DNA from: Fimbriimonadales bacterium | GTDB lineage: Bacteria; Armatimonadota; Fimbriimonadia; Fimbriimonadales; GBS-DC | Length of the DNA stretch: 64,000 nt | Assembly (NCBI GenBank): GCA_025061985.1 | Contig: JANXAW010000027.1 | Coordinates: forward strand, 4,499 to 68,498 | Direction of reading: 5' to 3' | In this document: one piece after another, positions 32,910 to 41,513 of the stretch | Layout of the letters: every line of letters begins with the position of its first letter | Position numbering within the stretch: the first letter of the stretch is position 1 | Program-made: the position numbers and the translations under genes | Notes under the pieces: generated by a model | Told to the model about the DNA's origin: nothing | The model's database searches: none | What the model saw: only the letters and a program-made list of their open reading frames with translations

Positions 32910-34329
32910 ACACGCAATCGCGCAGATTAGCCAGCTGCTGCGGGGGGACTATCCGCTCAGCTACCGCACATTGGCGTTGCTATTGCTGCAAGATGACCCC
33001 GAAATCTGGGAAGAGGTGCAAGCGCAGGAAAGCCCCGCCACGCTGGCGCAGATTCGTGCCCTCAAGGAACAGTTAGAGCGAGAGGGCGGAATGCCCCTTG
33101 GTTGGCAGATCGAACAGGAGCGCCAACGCTGGAGCCAGCAGATTGCAGCCCAAGTGACCCAAATCACTAGCCCGCCACGACCACACACCGTCGCTGAGTG
33201 GGTGGGTTGGCTTTGCATGAACCCGTGGACGGGCTTTCCCATTCTCGCGCTTGTGCTTTACTTTGGGCTGTACCAGTTTGTGGGGGTTTTCGGCGCAGGA
33301 ACAGTGGTCGAGCTGATTGAGGAAGGGTTGTTTGGGGCGTACATCAACCCCTTCGTGGAGCGATTGGTACGGGCGACTGTCCCGTGGCAGCCCATTCAGG
33401 AGCTATTGGTCGGCGAGTATGGGGTTTGGACGCTGGGTGTGACCTATGCCGTCGCGCTCATCCTGCCGATTGTGACCTTTTTCTTCTTGGTGTTCGCGAT
33501 TCTGGAGGATACAGGCTATCTTCCGCGCTTGGCGATGCTGGTAGATCGAGCGTTCAAGGGGCTGGGGCTGAACGGACGTGCGGTCATCCCGATTGTGCTG
33601 GGTTTTGGGTGCGACACGATGGCGACAGTGGTCACGCGCGTCTTGGAAACACGCCGCGAGCGGATTATTGCTACCCTGCTGCTTACGCTTACCATCCCTT
33701 GCTCGGCGCAGCTGGGAGTTGTGTTGGCACTGTTGGCTTCGTACCCGCTGGGATTGGCGATTTGGGCAGGGATTTTAGTGGTTGTGTTCCTGCTAGCAGG
33801 TTGGTTGGCGGCGCAGATTTTGCCTGGGCGTGCGATGCCGTTTTACATGGAGATCCCCCCGATGCGCTTGCCAAGTCTGTCAAATGTGTTGCTTAAGACC
33901 GTTGCTCGCTTGCAGTGGTACTTTTTGGAGGTGCTGCCGCTGTTTCTGATTGCCAGCGTGCTGATTTGGATTGGGCAGCTGACGGGGCTATTTGAGTTGG
34001 CGTTGCGTGTGTTGCAGCCCCTTGTGCAGGTGTTGGGCTTGCCCGCCGAGACGGGAGTGGCGTTCTTGTTTGGCTTTTTCCGACGCGATTACGGTGCTGC
34101 GGGGTTGTATGACCTGCACAAGAGGGGCTTGCTTTCGGGTAACGATTTGCTGATTACGGCAGTGATCCTAACCTTGTTTGTGCCTTGCGTGGCGCAGTTC
34201 TTGGTTACGATTAAGGAGCGTGGCTGGCGCACAGCGCTTGGGATGTTCGTGATTGCGATGAGCGTTGCCTTTGGAGTGGGGTTTGTGCTGAGCCGCGCGT
34301 TGACCGTGCTGGGGGTGCATATTGGATGA
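32866..34329 (+). CDS. feoB: ferrous iron transporter FeoB, helical plus membrane domains
   Basis: It begins LTYPPAIEHAIAQI, the normal continuation after the G domain. The gate motifs and polytopic FeoB core follow. It is in the +1 frame relative to the G-domain ORF, with a 44-nt overlap. Confidence 0.8.
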   Translation: MSDLPPTLTYPPAIEHAIAQISQLLRGDYPLSYRTLALLLLQDDPEIWEEVQAQESPATLAQIRALKEQLEREGGMPLGWQIEQERQRWSQQIAAQVTQITSPPRPHTVAEWVGWLCMNPWTGFPILALVLYFGLYQFVGVFGAGTVVELIEEGLFGAYINPFVERLVRATVPWQPIQELLVGEYGVWTLGVTYAVALILPIVTFFFLVFAILEDTGYLPRLAMLVDRAFKGLGLNGRAVIPIVLGFGCDTMATVVTRVLETRRERIIATLLLTLTIPCSAQLGVVLALLASYPLGLAIWAGILVVVFLLAGWLAAQILPGRAMPFYMEIPPMRLPSLSNVLLKTVARLQWYFLEVLPLFLIASVLIWIGQLTGLFELALRVLQPLVQVLGLPAETGVAFLFGFFRRDYGAAGLYDLHKRGLLSGNDLLITAVILTLFVPCVAQFLVTIKERGWRTALGMFVIAMSVAFGVGFVLSRALTVLGVHIG

Positions 34330-34526
34330 GGTGTAGCCTATGCGGATTGGAACTGACGGAGGAGGGGATTGAGAAGGCGTGTCGCAGCTGTGCGGCGTTT
34401 GGCGGTTGTCGCTTGGTCAAATGCCCGCGCTGCGGCTATGAGCAACCTCAGGAGCCACGATGGATGCGCACACTGATTCAGTGGGTTCAACGCAGGCGTC
34501 CCAAGCCTCGGCGGCAATCCCCTTAA
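34326..34526 (+). CDS. Cys-rich zinc-ribbon-like mini-protein
   Basis: MRCSLCG...CRSCAAFGGCRLVKCPRCG has seven Cys, including three CxxC pairs. ATG overlaps the feoB stop (ATGA). The 3' end overlaps the feoA start by 67 nt. Confidence 0.45.
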   Translation: MRCSLCGLELTEEGIEKACRSCAAFGGCRLVKCPRCGYEQPQEPRWMRTLIQWVQRRRPKPRRQSP

Positions 34527-34762
34527 CTCAGCTGCCCGTGGGTGTGCCTGCGCGGGTAGTGCAGATTGTCCACGATGCCGATGGGCACTGGCGCAAGCTC
34601 AGTGTGCTGGGGCTGGTGCCTGGAGTGACACTTTGTTTGCTGCAGCGGTTTCCTACCTATGCCGTGCGCGTGGGGCTGGCGACGATAGCCATTGACGGGC
34701 AGTTAGCCAGCCTTGTTAGGGTAGAGCCGTTGCAGACGCCCCAAACATCGGCAGGCACGTAA
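34460..34762 (+). CDS. feoA: FeoA
   Basis: LTQLPVGVPARVVQI...LSVLGLVPGVTLCLLQRFPTYAVRVGLATIAIDGQLASLVRVE matches the FeoA SH3-like domain. Confidence 0.75.
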   Translation: MDAHTDSVGSTQASQASAAIPLTQLPVGVPARVVQIVHDADGHWRKLSVLGLVPGVTLCLLQRFPTYAVRVGLATIAIDGQLASLVRVEPLQTPQTSAGT

Positions 34763-34780
34763 GTTGTGGGCGCGCTAGGC

Positions 34781-34801
34781 GGGCGAGTGTGCACCTCGCC
34801 C
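34781..34801. terminator. hairpin between convergent feoA and the sugar nucleotidyltransferase gene
   Basis: GGGCGAG / TGTGCAC / CTCGCCC forms a 7-bp stem that can be extended by CTAG/CTAG flanks. There is no U-run. Confidence 0.3.
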
Positions 34802-34820
34802 TAGGCTAAGCGCACAAGTG

Positions 34821-35912
34821 CTACGCCTCCGCAGCGCTGTAAGCCCGAACCACCGAGCCTGCGCCTAGCACTGCGTTGCGCAAGCGTACGTGTGGTTCAA
34901 TCACGCACTCATCGTCAATGATGCAGTTTTCTAAGTGGCAGCCGTCGCCGATTTGCACGCGCTCGCCGATGATACAGCCGTGCAACACGCTCCCACCTCC
35001 AATGGAGCTGCCCGCGCCCACGACCGTGTAGCCGCTTAGTTGTACGCGCGACTCAATCGTAGCGCCGTTCCCTATGGAGCAGCCCGCTTCGATTTCCGCA
35101 TCGGGCTGGATGTCCACTTCCGCGCCGATCCAGTAGCCCTGCTCGGTGCGGTATCCTGCAGGGGGCAGCGCGGTCTTGACCTCGCCGCTGAGCAAGGCGC
35201 GCGTGGCACGCAGGTATTGCGCAGGGCGACCAATATCGAGCCAGAAACCTTTGCCCTCCACGCCATACACGGGCACGCCCTCTGCCAAAATCTGCGGGTA
35301 AAACTCGCGCTCAATCGAGCAGGGGCGCAAAGGAATGCGCACCAGCGTCTCTGGCTCAATAATGTAAATGCCTGCGTTGATAAAGTCGCTACCCTCCATT
35401 GGTTCACCGCGATCGGCGGCGCGCTTCTGTTCCTCGGTGGGTTCAATGAATGCTTGCACGCGCCCGTCGGCAGCGACTTGAATGACGCCGTAGGGGTGCG
35501 GGCGTCGCACACGATACAGTGTCAAGGTCACTTGCGCGCGGGTTTCAATATGCTGGCGCACGATGGCGCCGATGTCAAAATCGGTGAGGATATCGCCGTT
35601 GAACACAATCGCGCGGTCGGGTGGCAAGCCCTCTACGGCGTTGCGGATTGCCCCCGCGGTGCCCAGCGGTTCGGTCTCGACGGCGTAGCGCATCCGTACG
35701 CCGAAGCGGCTACCGTCGCCAAAGTGCGCCTCGATGCGGTCAGCCAAGTAGTTGGTGGCAAACACAATTTCATCCGCCCCTGCCGCCTTGAGCTGTGCGA
35801 CTTGGTACTCCAAAAACGGGCGGTTCGCCACAGGAATCAGAGGCTTGGGTCGGCGAAGGGTGAGTGGGCGTAAGCGTGTACCGAAGCCACCAGCGATGAT
35901 AATCCCTCGCAA
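34821..35912 (-). CDS. NDP-sugar pyrophosphorylase with a C-terminal left-handed beta-helix (mannose-1-P guanylyltransferase-like)
   Basis: GIIIAGGFGTRLRPLTLRRPKPLIPV at the N-terminus. Hexapeptide repeats fill the last ~100 aa. TTG start 8 nt after AAAGGAGGT. Confidence 0.8.
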   Translation of the reverse strand: MRGIIIAGGFGTRLRPLTLRRPKPLIPVANRPFLEYQVAQLKAAGADEIVFATNYLADRIEAHFGDGSRFGVRMRYAVETEPLGTAGAIRNAVEGLPPDRAIVFNGDILTDFDIGAIVRQHIETRAQVTLTLYRVRRPHPYGVIQVAADGRVQAFIEPTEEQKRAADRGEPMEGSDFINAGIYIIEPETLVRIPLRPCSIEREFYPQILAEGVPVYGVEGKGFWLDIGRPAQYLRATRALLSGEVKTALPPAGYRTEQGYWIGAEVDIQPDAEIEAGCSIGNGATIESRVQLSGYTVVGAGSSIGGGSVLHGCIIGERVQIGDGCHLENCIIDDECVIEPHVRLRNAVLGAGSVVRAYSAAEA

Positions 35913-35964
35913 GCGCCTATACCTCCTTTTTTAGGGATTAGTGTACCCGCTTTTGGCGCGGGGG

Positions 35965-36651
35965 CTACTCCGTGCGGATATCACGTAGCCACTTCACGTG
36001 CCCGTCGAGGAACAGGCGGTTGCGTCCCCCGCGATGTACGGCGCGTCCGCGCAGGGCAGGCTCTACGGTGCTAATCGTGCGCGGAAAGTAGGGGTCTACC
36101 ACCAGTTCCACATCGGCGATCCCTTCTGGGCGCGAGTAGAACGGGCTGGGGTTGGCTTGCAAATCGGCAACGGCTTGTTCAGGGGTTTTGCCCCAAAAGT
36201 TATCGGGCGGTACGGGGTCGTTAATGCGGTCAAAGCGCCACATCCAGTAGTGTGTGACGCGGTGGGCGTCTACTTGCTGGCGTACTTGCACCACTTCGCC
36301 CATGATGCTTCCCGCCACGCTAGGGCAGTTCCAGATGTGCCACTCGCGCGCATATGGCTCCAGCACGATGCCTGCCCAACCGCAGCGCGGGTCAGAGGGA
36401 GGCCAGCTGCTCCACGGGCGATAGCCCAGCGCTTGCTTGAGGTCGCGTCGGTCGGGCATTCTCTCGTCGTAGTCCTGAAGGTACATCCAGAACGCCTGTC
36501 CGATTTGGCGCAGGTTTGACTCGCAGCTGGCTTGACGCGCAAGCTCCCGCGCCTGCGTCAGCACAGGGAACAAGGTCGCGGCGAGTATGGCGATAATTGC
36601 AATCACCACCAGCAGCTCGATAAGCGTGAAGCCCCGATTTACGCCCCGCAT
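35965..36651 (-). CDS. prepilin-type N-terminal cleavage/methylation protein with a DUF1559-like tail
   Basis: [41 protein letters not shown], and a C-terminal [12 protein letters not shown]. Confidence 0.85.
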   Translation of the reverse strand: MRGVNRGFTLIELLVVIAIIAILAATLFPVLTQARELARQASCESNLRQIGQAFWMYLQDYDERMPDRRDLKQALGYRPWSSWPPSDPRCGWAGIVLEPYAREWHIWNCPSVAGSIMGEVVQVRQQVDAHRVTHYWMWRFDRINDPVPPDNFWGKTPEQAVADLQANPSPFYSRPEGIADVELVVDPYFPRTISTVEPALRGRAVHRGGRNRLFLDGHVKWLRDIRTE

Positions 36652-36715
36652 ACCGTTCCCCTCCGAAAGAATACCTCACCCGCATGGCGTGCCCTTAGGT
36701 ATCCTCTGGCATAGC

Positions 36716-37684
36716 ATGTCGGAGTTGCGCTGGCATCCGCTGCTGCAAGAGTGGGTCATCACTGCCACTCATCGGCAGGAGCGCACCTACCACCCCCCTC
36801 CTGAATATTGCCCCTTCTGCCCTACGCGCCCTAACAGCACGCCCACCGAAGTACCTGAGCCGACTTATGAGATTGTGGTGTTTGAGAATCGCTTCCCTTC
36901 GCTGTGGCGCGAGCCGCCAACGCCTGCGGTAGCGCCCACGCCGTTCTCGCCTGTGCAGCCCGCCTATGGCGTGTGCGAAGTCGTGCTGTACACGCCCGAC
37001 CACCACACCACCCTTGCCGAGTTGCCTGTGGAGCGGATTGAGCAGCTGCTGTATGTGTGGCGCGATCGGTATGCCGAGTTAGGGGCACGTCCAGAGGTGC
37101 AGTATGTGTTCATCTTTGAGAACAAGGGGCGCGAAATCGGCGTGACGCTGACGCACCCGCATGGGCAAATCTACGCCTACCCGTTCATCCCGCCTAAGAT
37201 CGAGCGCGAACTGGAGGCTATGCGACGCCACTACGACTCCACAGGAAGCAACCTGCTGCTAGAGATCGCTCGCTGTGAGCAAGCGGAGGGCACGCGCGTG
37301 GTGAGCCAAGTTGGGAATTGGCTTGCTTTCGTGCCGTTTTTTGCCCGCTATCCGTATGAGGTGTACTTGGTGCCTCTGGAGCCGCGTCGCGATCTGCTGG
37401 ATTTGACCGAGCGCGAGCTGACGGCGTTAGCCCACTTGCTCAAAGATGTACTGCAGCGGTATGATGCCCTGTGGGGCTTCTCGCTGCCATACATTATGGC
37501 GCAGCACCCACGCCCTACCGACGGCGCGGAACACCCCTACTGGCAGTTTCATATAGAGTTTTATCCGCCCCATCGCACACGCGACAAGCTCAAGTACTTG
37601 GCAGGCTCCGAGTCGGGCGCAGGCGTATTCATCAACGATACCTTGCCTGAGGAGACGGCAGCGGCGCTGCGGGCTGCCCGTTAG
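36716..37684 (+). CDS. galT: galactose-1-phosphate uridylyltransferase
   Basis: CPFCP zinc motif and the active site HPHGQIYAYPFIPP. The start chosen is MSELRWHPLL. The track start at 36587 runs antisense through the pilin-like gene. Confidence 0.85.
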   Translation: MSELRWHPLLQEWVITATHRQERTYHPPPEYCPFCPTRPNSTPTEVPEPTYEIVVFENRFPSLWREPPTPAVAPTPFSPVQPAYGVCEVVLYTPDHHTTLAELPVERIEQLLYVWRDRYAELGARPEVQYVFIFENKGREIGVTLTHPHGQIYAYPFIPPKIERELEAMRRHYDSTGSNLLLEIARCEQAEGTRVVSQVGNWLAFVPFFARYPYEVYLVPLEPRRDLLDLTERELTALAHLLKDVLQRYDALWGFSLPYIMAQHPRPTDGAEHPYWQFHIEFYPPHRTRDKLKYLAGSESGAGVFINDTLPEETAAALRAAR

Positions 37685-38526
37685 GGGCTTACGAGCGTGT
37701 TATCGATGAGCCGCGCCGTGCCGAAAAAGGCTGCCACGGCAATCAGCGTGGGGCGTTCAATCCGCTCTACGGGTTGGAGCGTTTCGGCGTCAACGACCTC
37801 CACATAGTCGATGCGTGCCAGCGGTTCGGCGGCGATGCGCTGGTAAACGCCCTCGCGCAGGGCATGGGCATTGCGCTCGCCCGCTGCTACTTGCTCCTGT
37901 GCCCACTGCAGGCTTCGGTACAGCACCGTGGCGGCAGCACGCTCCTCAGGAGAGAGGTAAACATTGCGCGAGGACATCGCCAACCCGTCTGGCTCGCGCA
38001 CGATGGGGCAGGGCACAATCTCTACGGGCAAGTTCATGTCGCGCACCAGTTGCTGGATGATGCGCAGTTGCTGGTAGTCTTTCATCCCAAAGTAGGCGCG
38101 ATCGGGCGTTACGATGTTGAACAGTTTCAGCACTACCGTCGCTACGCCCTCGAAGTGCCCTGGGCGCGACTTGCCGCACAGCGGCTTGGAAAGCTCCTTG
38201 ACGCGCACCTCGGTTTGGAAGCCTTCGGGGTACATTTCCGCGACTTCGGGGTAGAAGATGGCGTCCACGCCGACCGATTCTGCCATCTGGCGGTCGCGCT
38301 CGAAGTCGCGTGGGTAGCGGGCGTAGTCTTCGTGGGGTCCGAATTGCAGCGGGTTGACGAAGATGCTGACGATTACTGCGCCGCCGTCGGCTTTGGCGCG
38401 ACGCATGAGGCTCAAGTGCCCCTCGTGGAAGTAGCCCATGGTGGGCACGAAGTGGATGGCGCGCCCTTGCGCGCGCTGCCGACGCACCCATTCCCGAACC
38501 GATTCGACTGTGCGTAGGATTTCCAT
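37681..38526 (-). CDS. panC: pantoate--beta-alanine ligase
   Basis: VPTMGYFHEGHLSLM and the overall PanC pattern. The stop overlaps the galT stop (TTAG). Confidence 0.9.
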   Translation of the reverse strand: MEILRTVESVREWVRRQRAQGRAIHFVPTMGYFHEGHLSLMRRAKADGGAVIVSIFVNPLQFGPHEDYARYPRDFERDRQMAESVGVDAIFYPEVAEMYPEGFQTEVRVKELSKPLCGKSRPGHFEGVATVVLKLFNIVTPDRAYFGMKDYQQLRIIQQLVRDMNLPVEIVPCPIVREPDGLAMSSRNVYLSPEERAAATVLYRSLQWAQEQVAAGERNAHALREGVYQRIAAEPLARIDYVEVVDAETLQPVERIERPTLIAVAAFFGTARLIDNTLVSP

Positions 38527-38559
38527 CGCCCTTGGCTAACTGCTGTTGTTACTTCGAAT

Positions 38560-38664
38560 GCAGCGAGTCCCTCCGTCACCCCGGCGGAGCGAGGGGTCTA
38601 AGATTCCTCGCTGCGCTCGGAATGACAGGGAGGTTGGGTAGCGTCGGCGAGACGCCGACGCTAC
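38560..38664. repeat. hairpin-rich GC palindromic element cluster in the gltX-panC spacer
   Basis: Three hairpins are present. GCAGCGAG (38560-67) pairs with CTCGCTGC (38607-14). ATTCC (38603-07) pairs with GGAAT (38619-23) and competes with the first. A perfect 12-bp stem GTAGCGTCGGCG-AGA-CGCCGACGCTAC lies at 38638-38664. Confidence 0.6.
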
Positions 38665-38723
38665 GGGTAGCCCACGTAGGCGGGCTTTGTTTGCACAGGA
38701 GCGGCTTTAGCCGCTATTCCACT

Positions 38724-40190
38724 TTACTTCCGAAACACCCAGCTTTGGGCGCGGCGCAGGCGTTGCAGGGTGCGCTGCTTGCCCAATGCCTCAATCATCT
38801 CAAACAGGCTTGGCCCTGTAGTGCGCCCGCTGAGCGCCACGCGCACGGGGTGGATCACCTCGCCACCTTTTACGCCCAGCCACGCAGCTACCTCGCGCGT
38901 GACACGCTCAATCTCGGGCGCGGTAAACGGCTCCAGTGCCTCGTAGCGGCGGATGAGCTCCTCCAGCATCTGCGGGATGTGCGGCTCGCCAAACCACTTG
39001 CGCACTGCTGCTTCGTCAATCGGGTAGTTGTCCATGAAGAAGAAATCTAGCAGCTTTGGCGCGTCGCTGAGCAGTTTCATCTTTTCCTGCTCCAGCGGCA
39101 CTACCTTCTCCACATAGGCGCGCGTCTCCGCGTCCAGCTCTTTCGGCACAAGCCCTGCCTCTTGCAGATAAGGCAGGCATCGCTCTATAAGTTCTTCCTT
39201 GGGCAGATGGCGGATGTAGTAGCCGTTCATCCACAGCAACTTGTCGTGGTGAAACACGAACGGGTTATCTGAGACGCGCTCGAGGCTGAACAGCTCGATG
39301 ATTTCCTCGCGCGAGAGGATTTCGCGGTCGTCGCCGGGGTTCCAGCCGCACAGCGCCAAGAAGTTGAACATCGCTTCGGGCAGGTAGCCCTTGCGAATGA
39401 ACTCTGTAAACTCCACATCGCCATGTCGCTTGGAGAGTTTTTGCTTGTCTGGTCCTAGCAATAGGGGCAAATGGGCGAACTTCGGCGGCTCCCAGCCCAA
39501 CGCCTGGTAGAGGTTCAAGTGACGCGGCATACTGGAAATCCACTCATCACCGCGCAGCACGTGCGTGATTCCCATCAGGTGGTCGTCCACGACACTTGCC
39601 AAGTGATAAGTGGGGTAGCCATCGGACTTGAGCATTACAAAGTCGTCCGTGAGTTTGTTCTGGAACACGGTGCGTCCGTGAATCAGGTCTTCATATTCTA
39701 CTGTGCCTTCGAGGGGCATCTTGAAGCGAATCACGTAGGGAACGCCTGCTTCTTCGCGGGCTTTGACTTCGGCGGGCGACAGGTTGCGGCAGCGGCGGTC
39801 GTACATCGTGGCAGCGGCGCCCGCTGCGCGTTGCTGTGCCCGCATCTGCTCCAGCTCCTCTTGCGTGCAGAAGCACTTGTACGCCTTGCCCTCCTCGACG
39901 AGCTGGTGGGCAATCCGTCGGTAGATTTCCAGTCGCTGCGATTGGTAGTACGGTGCGTGCGGACCGCCGACTTCGGGACCCTCGTCCCAATCTAACCCCA
40001 GCCAGCGCAGCGAGTAGAGGATCGCTTGCTCGGCGCCTTCTACATACCGGTTGCGGTCGGTGTCTTCGATTCGGACGATGAACTTACCTCCGTGACGGCG
40101 TGCGAAAATCCAGTTGAACAGGGCGGTGCGAATGTTGCCCACATGGGGCATCCCTGTGGGGCTGGGTGCATAGCGCACGCGAACCATCAA
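38724..40190 (-). CDS. gltX: glutamate--tRNA ligase
   Basis: RYAPSPTGMPHVGNIRTALFNW (HIGH-type motif) and KLSKRHG (KMSKS-type motif). Confidence 0.9.
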   Translation of the reverse strand: MMVRVRYAPSPTGMPHVGNIRTALFNWIFARRHGGKFIVRIEDTDRNRYVEGAEQAILYSLRWLGLDWDEGPEVGGPHAPYYQSQRLEIYRRIAHQLVEEGKAYKCFCTQEELEQMRAQQRAAGAAATMYDRRCRNLSPAEVKAREEAGVPYVIRFKMPLEGTVEYEDLIHGRTVFQNKLTDDFVMLKSDGYPTYHLASVVDDHLMGITHVLRGDEWISSMPRHLNLYQALGWEPPKFAHLPLLLGPDKQKLSKRHGDVEFTEFIRKGYLPEAMFNFLALCGWNPGDDREILSREEIIELFSLERVSDNPFVFHHDKLLWMNGYYIRHLPKEELIERCLPYLQEAGLVPKELDAETRAYVEKVVPLEQEKMKLLSDAPKLLDFFFMDNYPIDEAAVRKWFGEPHIPQMLEELIRRYEALEPFTAPEIERVTREVAAWLGVKGGEVIHPVRVALSGRTTGPSLFEMIEALGKQRTLQRLRRAQSWVFRK

Positions 40191-40317
40191 GCAATGCCTC
40201 CTGTGCGAATAGTTTGCATACAGAGATTCTACCTGAGTGTTGGCAAGAGGCAGTGGTCACCAGAAGCGAACACGATAGCCAATCTCCAAGAGGTAGAATC
40301 GACGCAGGAGGCGAACG

Positions 40318-40767
40318 ATGCGGTTTCCATTCAAGAAAATCTTGGCGCCGACAGACTTCAGTGAGCCGTCTTATAAAGCTCTCGATATGGCAGTTGCGTT
40401 AGCGCAGCATTTCGATGCGGAGCTGCACATTCTGCATGTGGTGCCGCCATTGCATGTGGTGCCCGTACCGGTAAATGTGGAGGTGACCTTGTACGAAAGT
40501 GAGCTGCGGGAAGCAGCGGAACGATCTATGCAAGAACTGATCGCTCAGCGCATCCCAGAAGGCTTAACGGTGTTCGCCAGCGTCGTGTGGGGCGATCCTG
40601 CAGACGAGATTATTAGCTATCAGAAGGAGAAGGACATAGACCTAATTGTCATCGCCACGCATGGGCGCACGGGTTGGCGACGCTGGGTATTTGGCTCCGT
40701 GACGGAAAAAGTGGTACGCCATCCCACCTGCCCCGTGCTTACCATCAACATCACGCCTGAGGGGTAA
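40318..40767 (+). CDS. uspA: universal stress protein
   Basis: ILAPTDFSE...ELHILHVV...IVIATHGRTGWRRWVFGSVTEKVVRHPTCPVLTI. SD AGGAGG lies upstream. Confidence 0.85.
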   Translation: MRFPFKKILAPTDFSEPSYKALDMAVALAQHFDAELHILHVVPPLHVVPVPVNVEVTLYESELREAAERSMQELIAQRIPEGLTVFASVVWGDPADEIISYQKEKDIDLIVIATHGRTGWRRWVFGSVTEKVVRHPTCPVLTINITPEG

Positions 40768-40776
40768 ACGCGAGGG

Positions 40777-41505
40777 ATGCGGTTCTGGCAGTCAGGGCGG
40801 CCGCTAATTTTCGCGCATCGGGGCGCTAGTATGCACGCGCCCGAAAACACACTTTCAGCGTTTCGCCTTGCGCTGGAGATGGGCGCCGATGGCATTGAGT
40901 TGGACATCACGCCCAGCGCCGACGGCGTACCGATGGTGATCCACGACCCCACCTTGGAACGCACTACCAACGGCAAGGGAGATGTGCGCCAGCTCAGTGC
41001 CGCGGAGATCCAGCGGTATGATGCGGGCATCAAGTTCGGCAGCAAGTACGCGGGCGAGCGCGTGCCCACCCTGCGCGAGGTGTTCGAGGCGTTCGGCAAC
41101 CGCACGCGCTACAACTTGGATATGAAAACCTTCTATGACGCCGACCGCCCGATTGTGCGCACAGTGCTGGCACTGATTGAAGAGTTCCAGCTAGTGCCCT
41201 ATGTGCTGATTTCTTCGTTCAGTTTGGACACCTTGCGGTGGTTCACCGAAGAGTCGCGCAGGGTTCGTTTAGGCGTGCTGATTAGCCAATACACGCCACA
41301 CATGCTGCGCGAAGATGGGCGGCGTTGGGGCATCCGCTACGAAGCGCTCCACCCCCACCATTCACTGGTGGACGCTGCTGTTATTCAGCAGGCGCGTCGG
41401 CAGCGCAAGAAGATTGTTGTGTGGACAGTGAACGACACCGCGCGCAAGCGCGAGCTAACGCAGCTCGGCGTGGATGCGATTATCACCGACGATCCCGTGC
41501 GCTAA
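40777..41505 (+). CDS. ugpQ: glycerophosphodiester phosphodiesterase
   Basis: IFAHRGAS..APENTLSAF..GADGIELDI..VIHDPTLERTTNG matches the GDPD signature. Confidence 0.85.
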   Translation: MRFWQSGRPLIFAHRGASMHAPENTLSAFRLALEMGADGIELDITPSADGVPMVIHDPTLERTTNGKGDVRQLSAAEIQRYDAGIKFGSKYAGERVPTLREVFEAFGNRTRYNLDMKTFYDADRPIVRTVLALIEEFQLVPYVLISSFSLDTLRWFTEESRRVRLGVLISQYTPHMLREDGRRWGIRYEALHPHHSLVDAAVIQQARRQRKKIVVWTVNDTARKRELTQLGVDAIITDDPVR

Positions 41506-41513
41506 GGTAGCAG

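Noticed and set aside
38532-39050. 172-aa plus-strand ORF (…LRFLAALGMTGRLGSVGETPTLR…)
   Set aside because: Its first third is the translation of palindromic intergenic hairpins. The rest is antisense to gltX.
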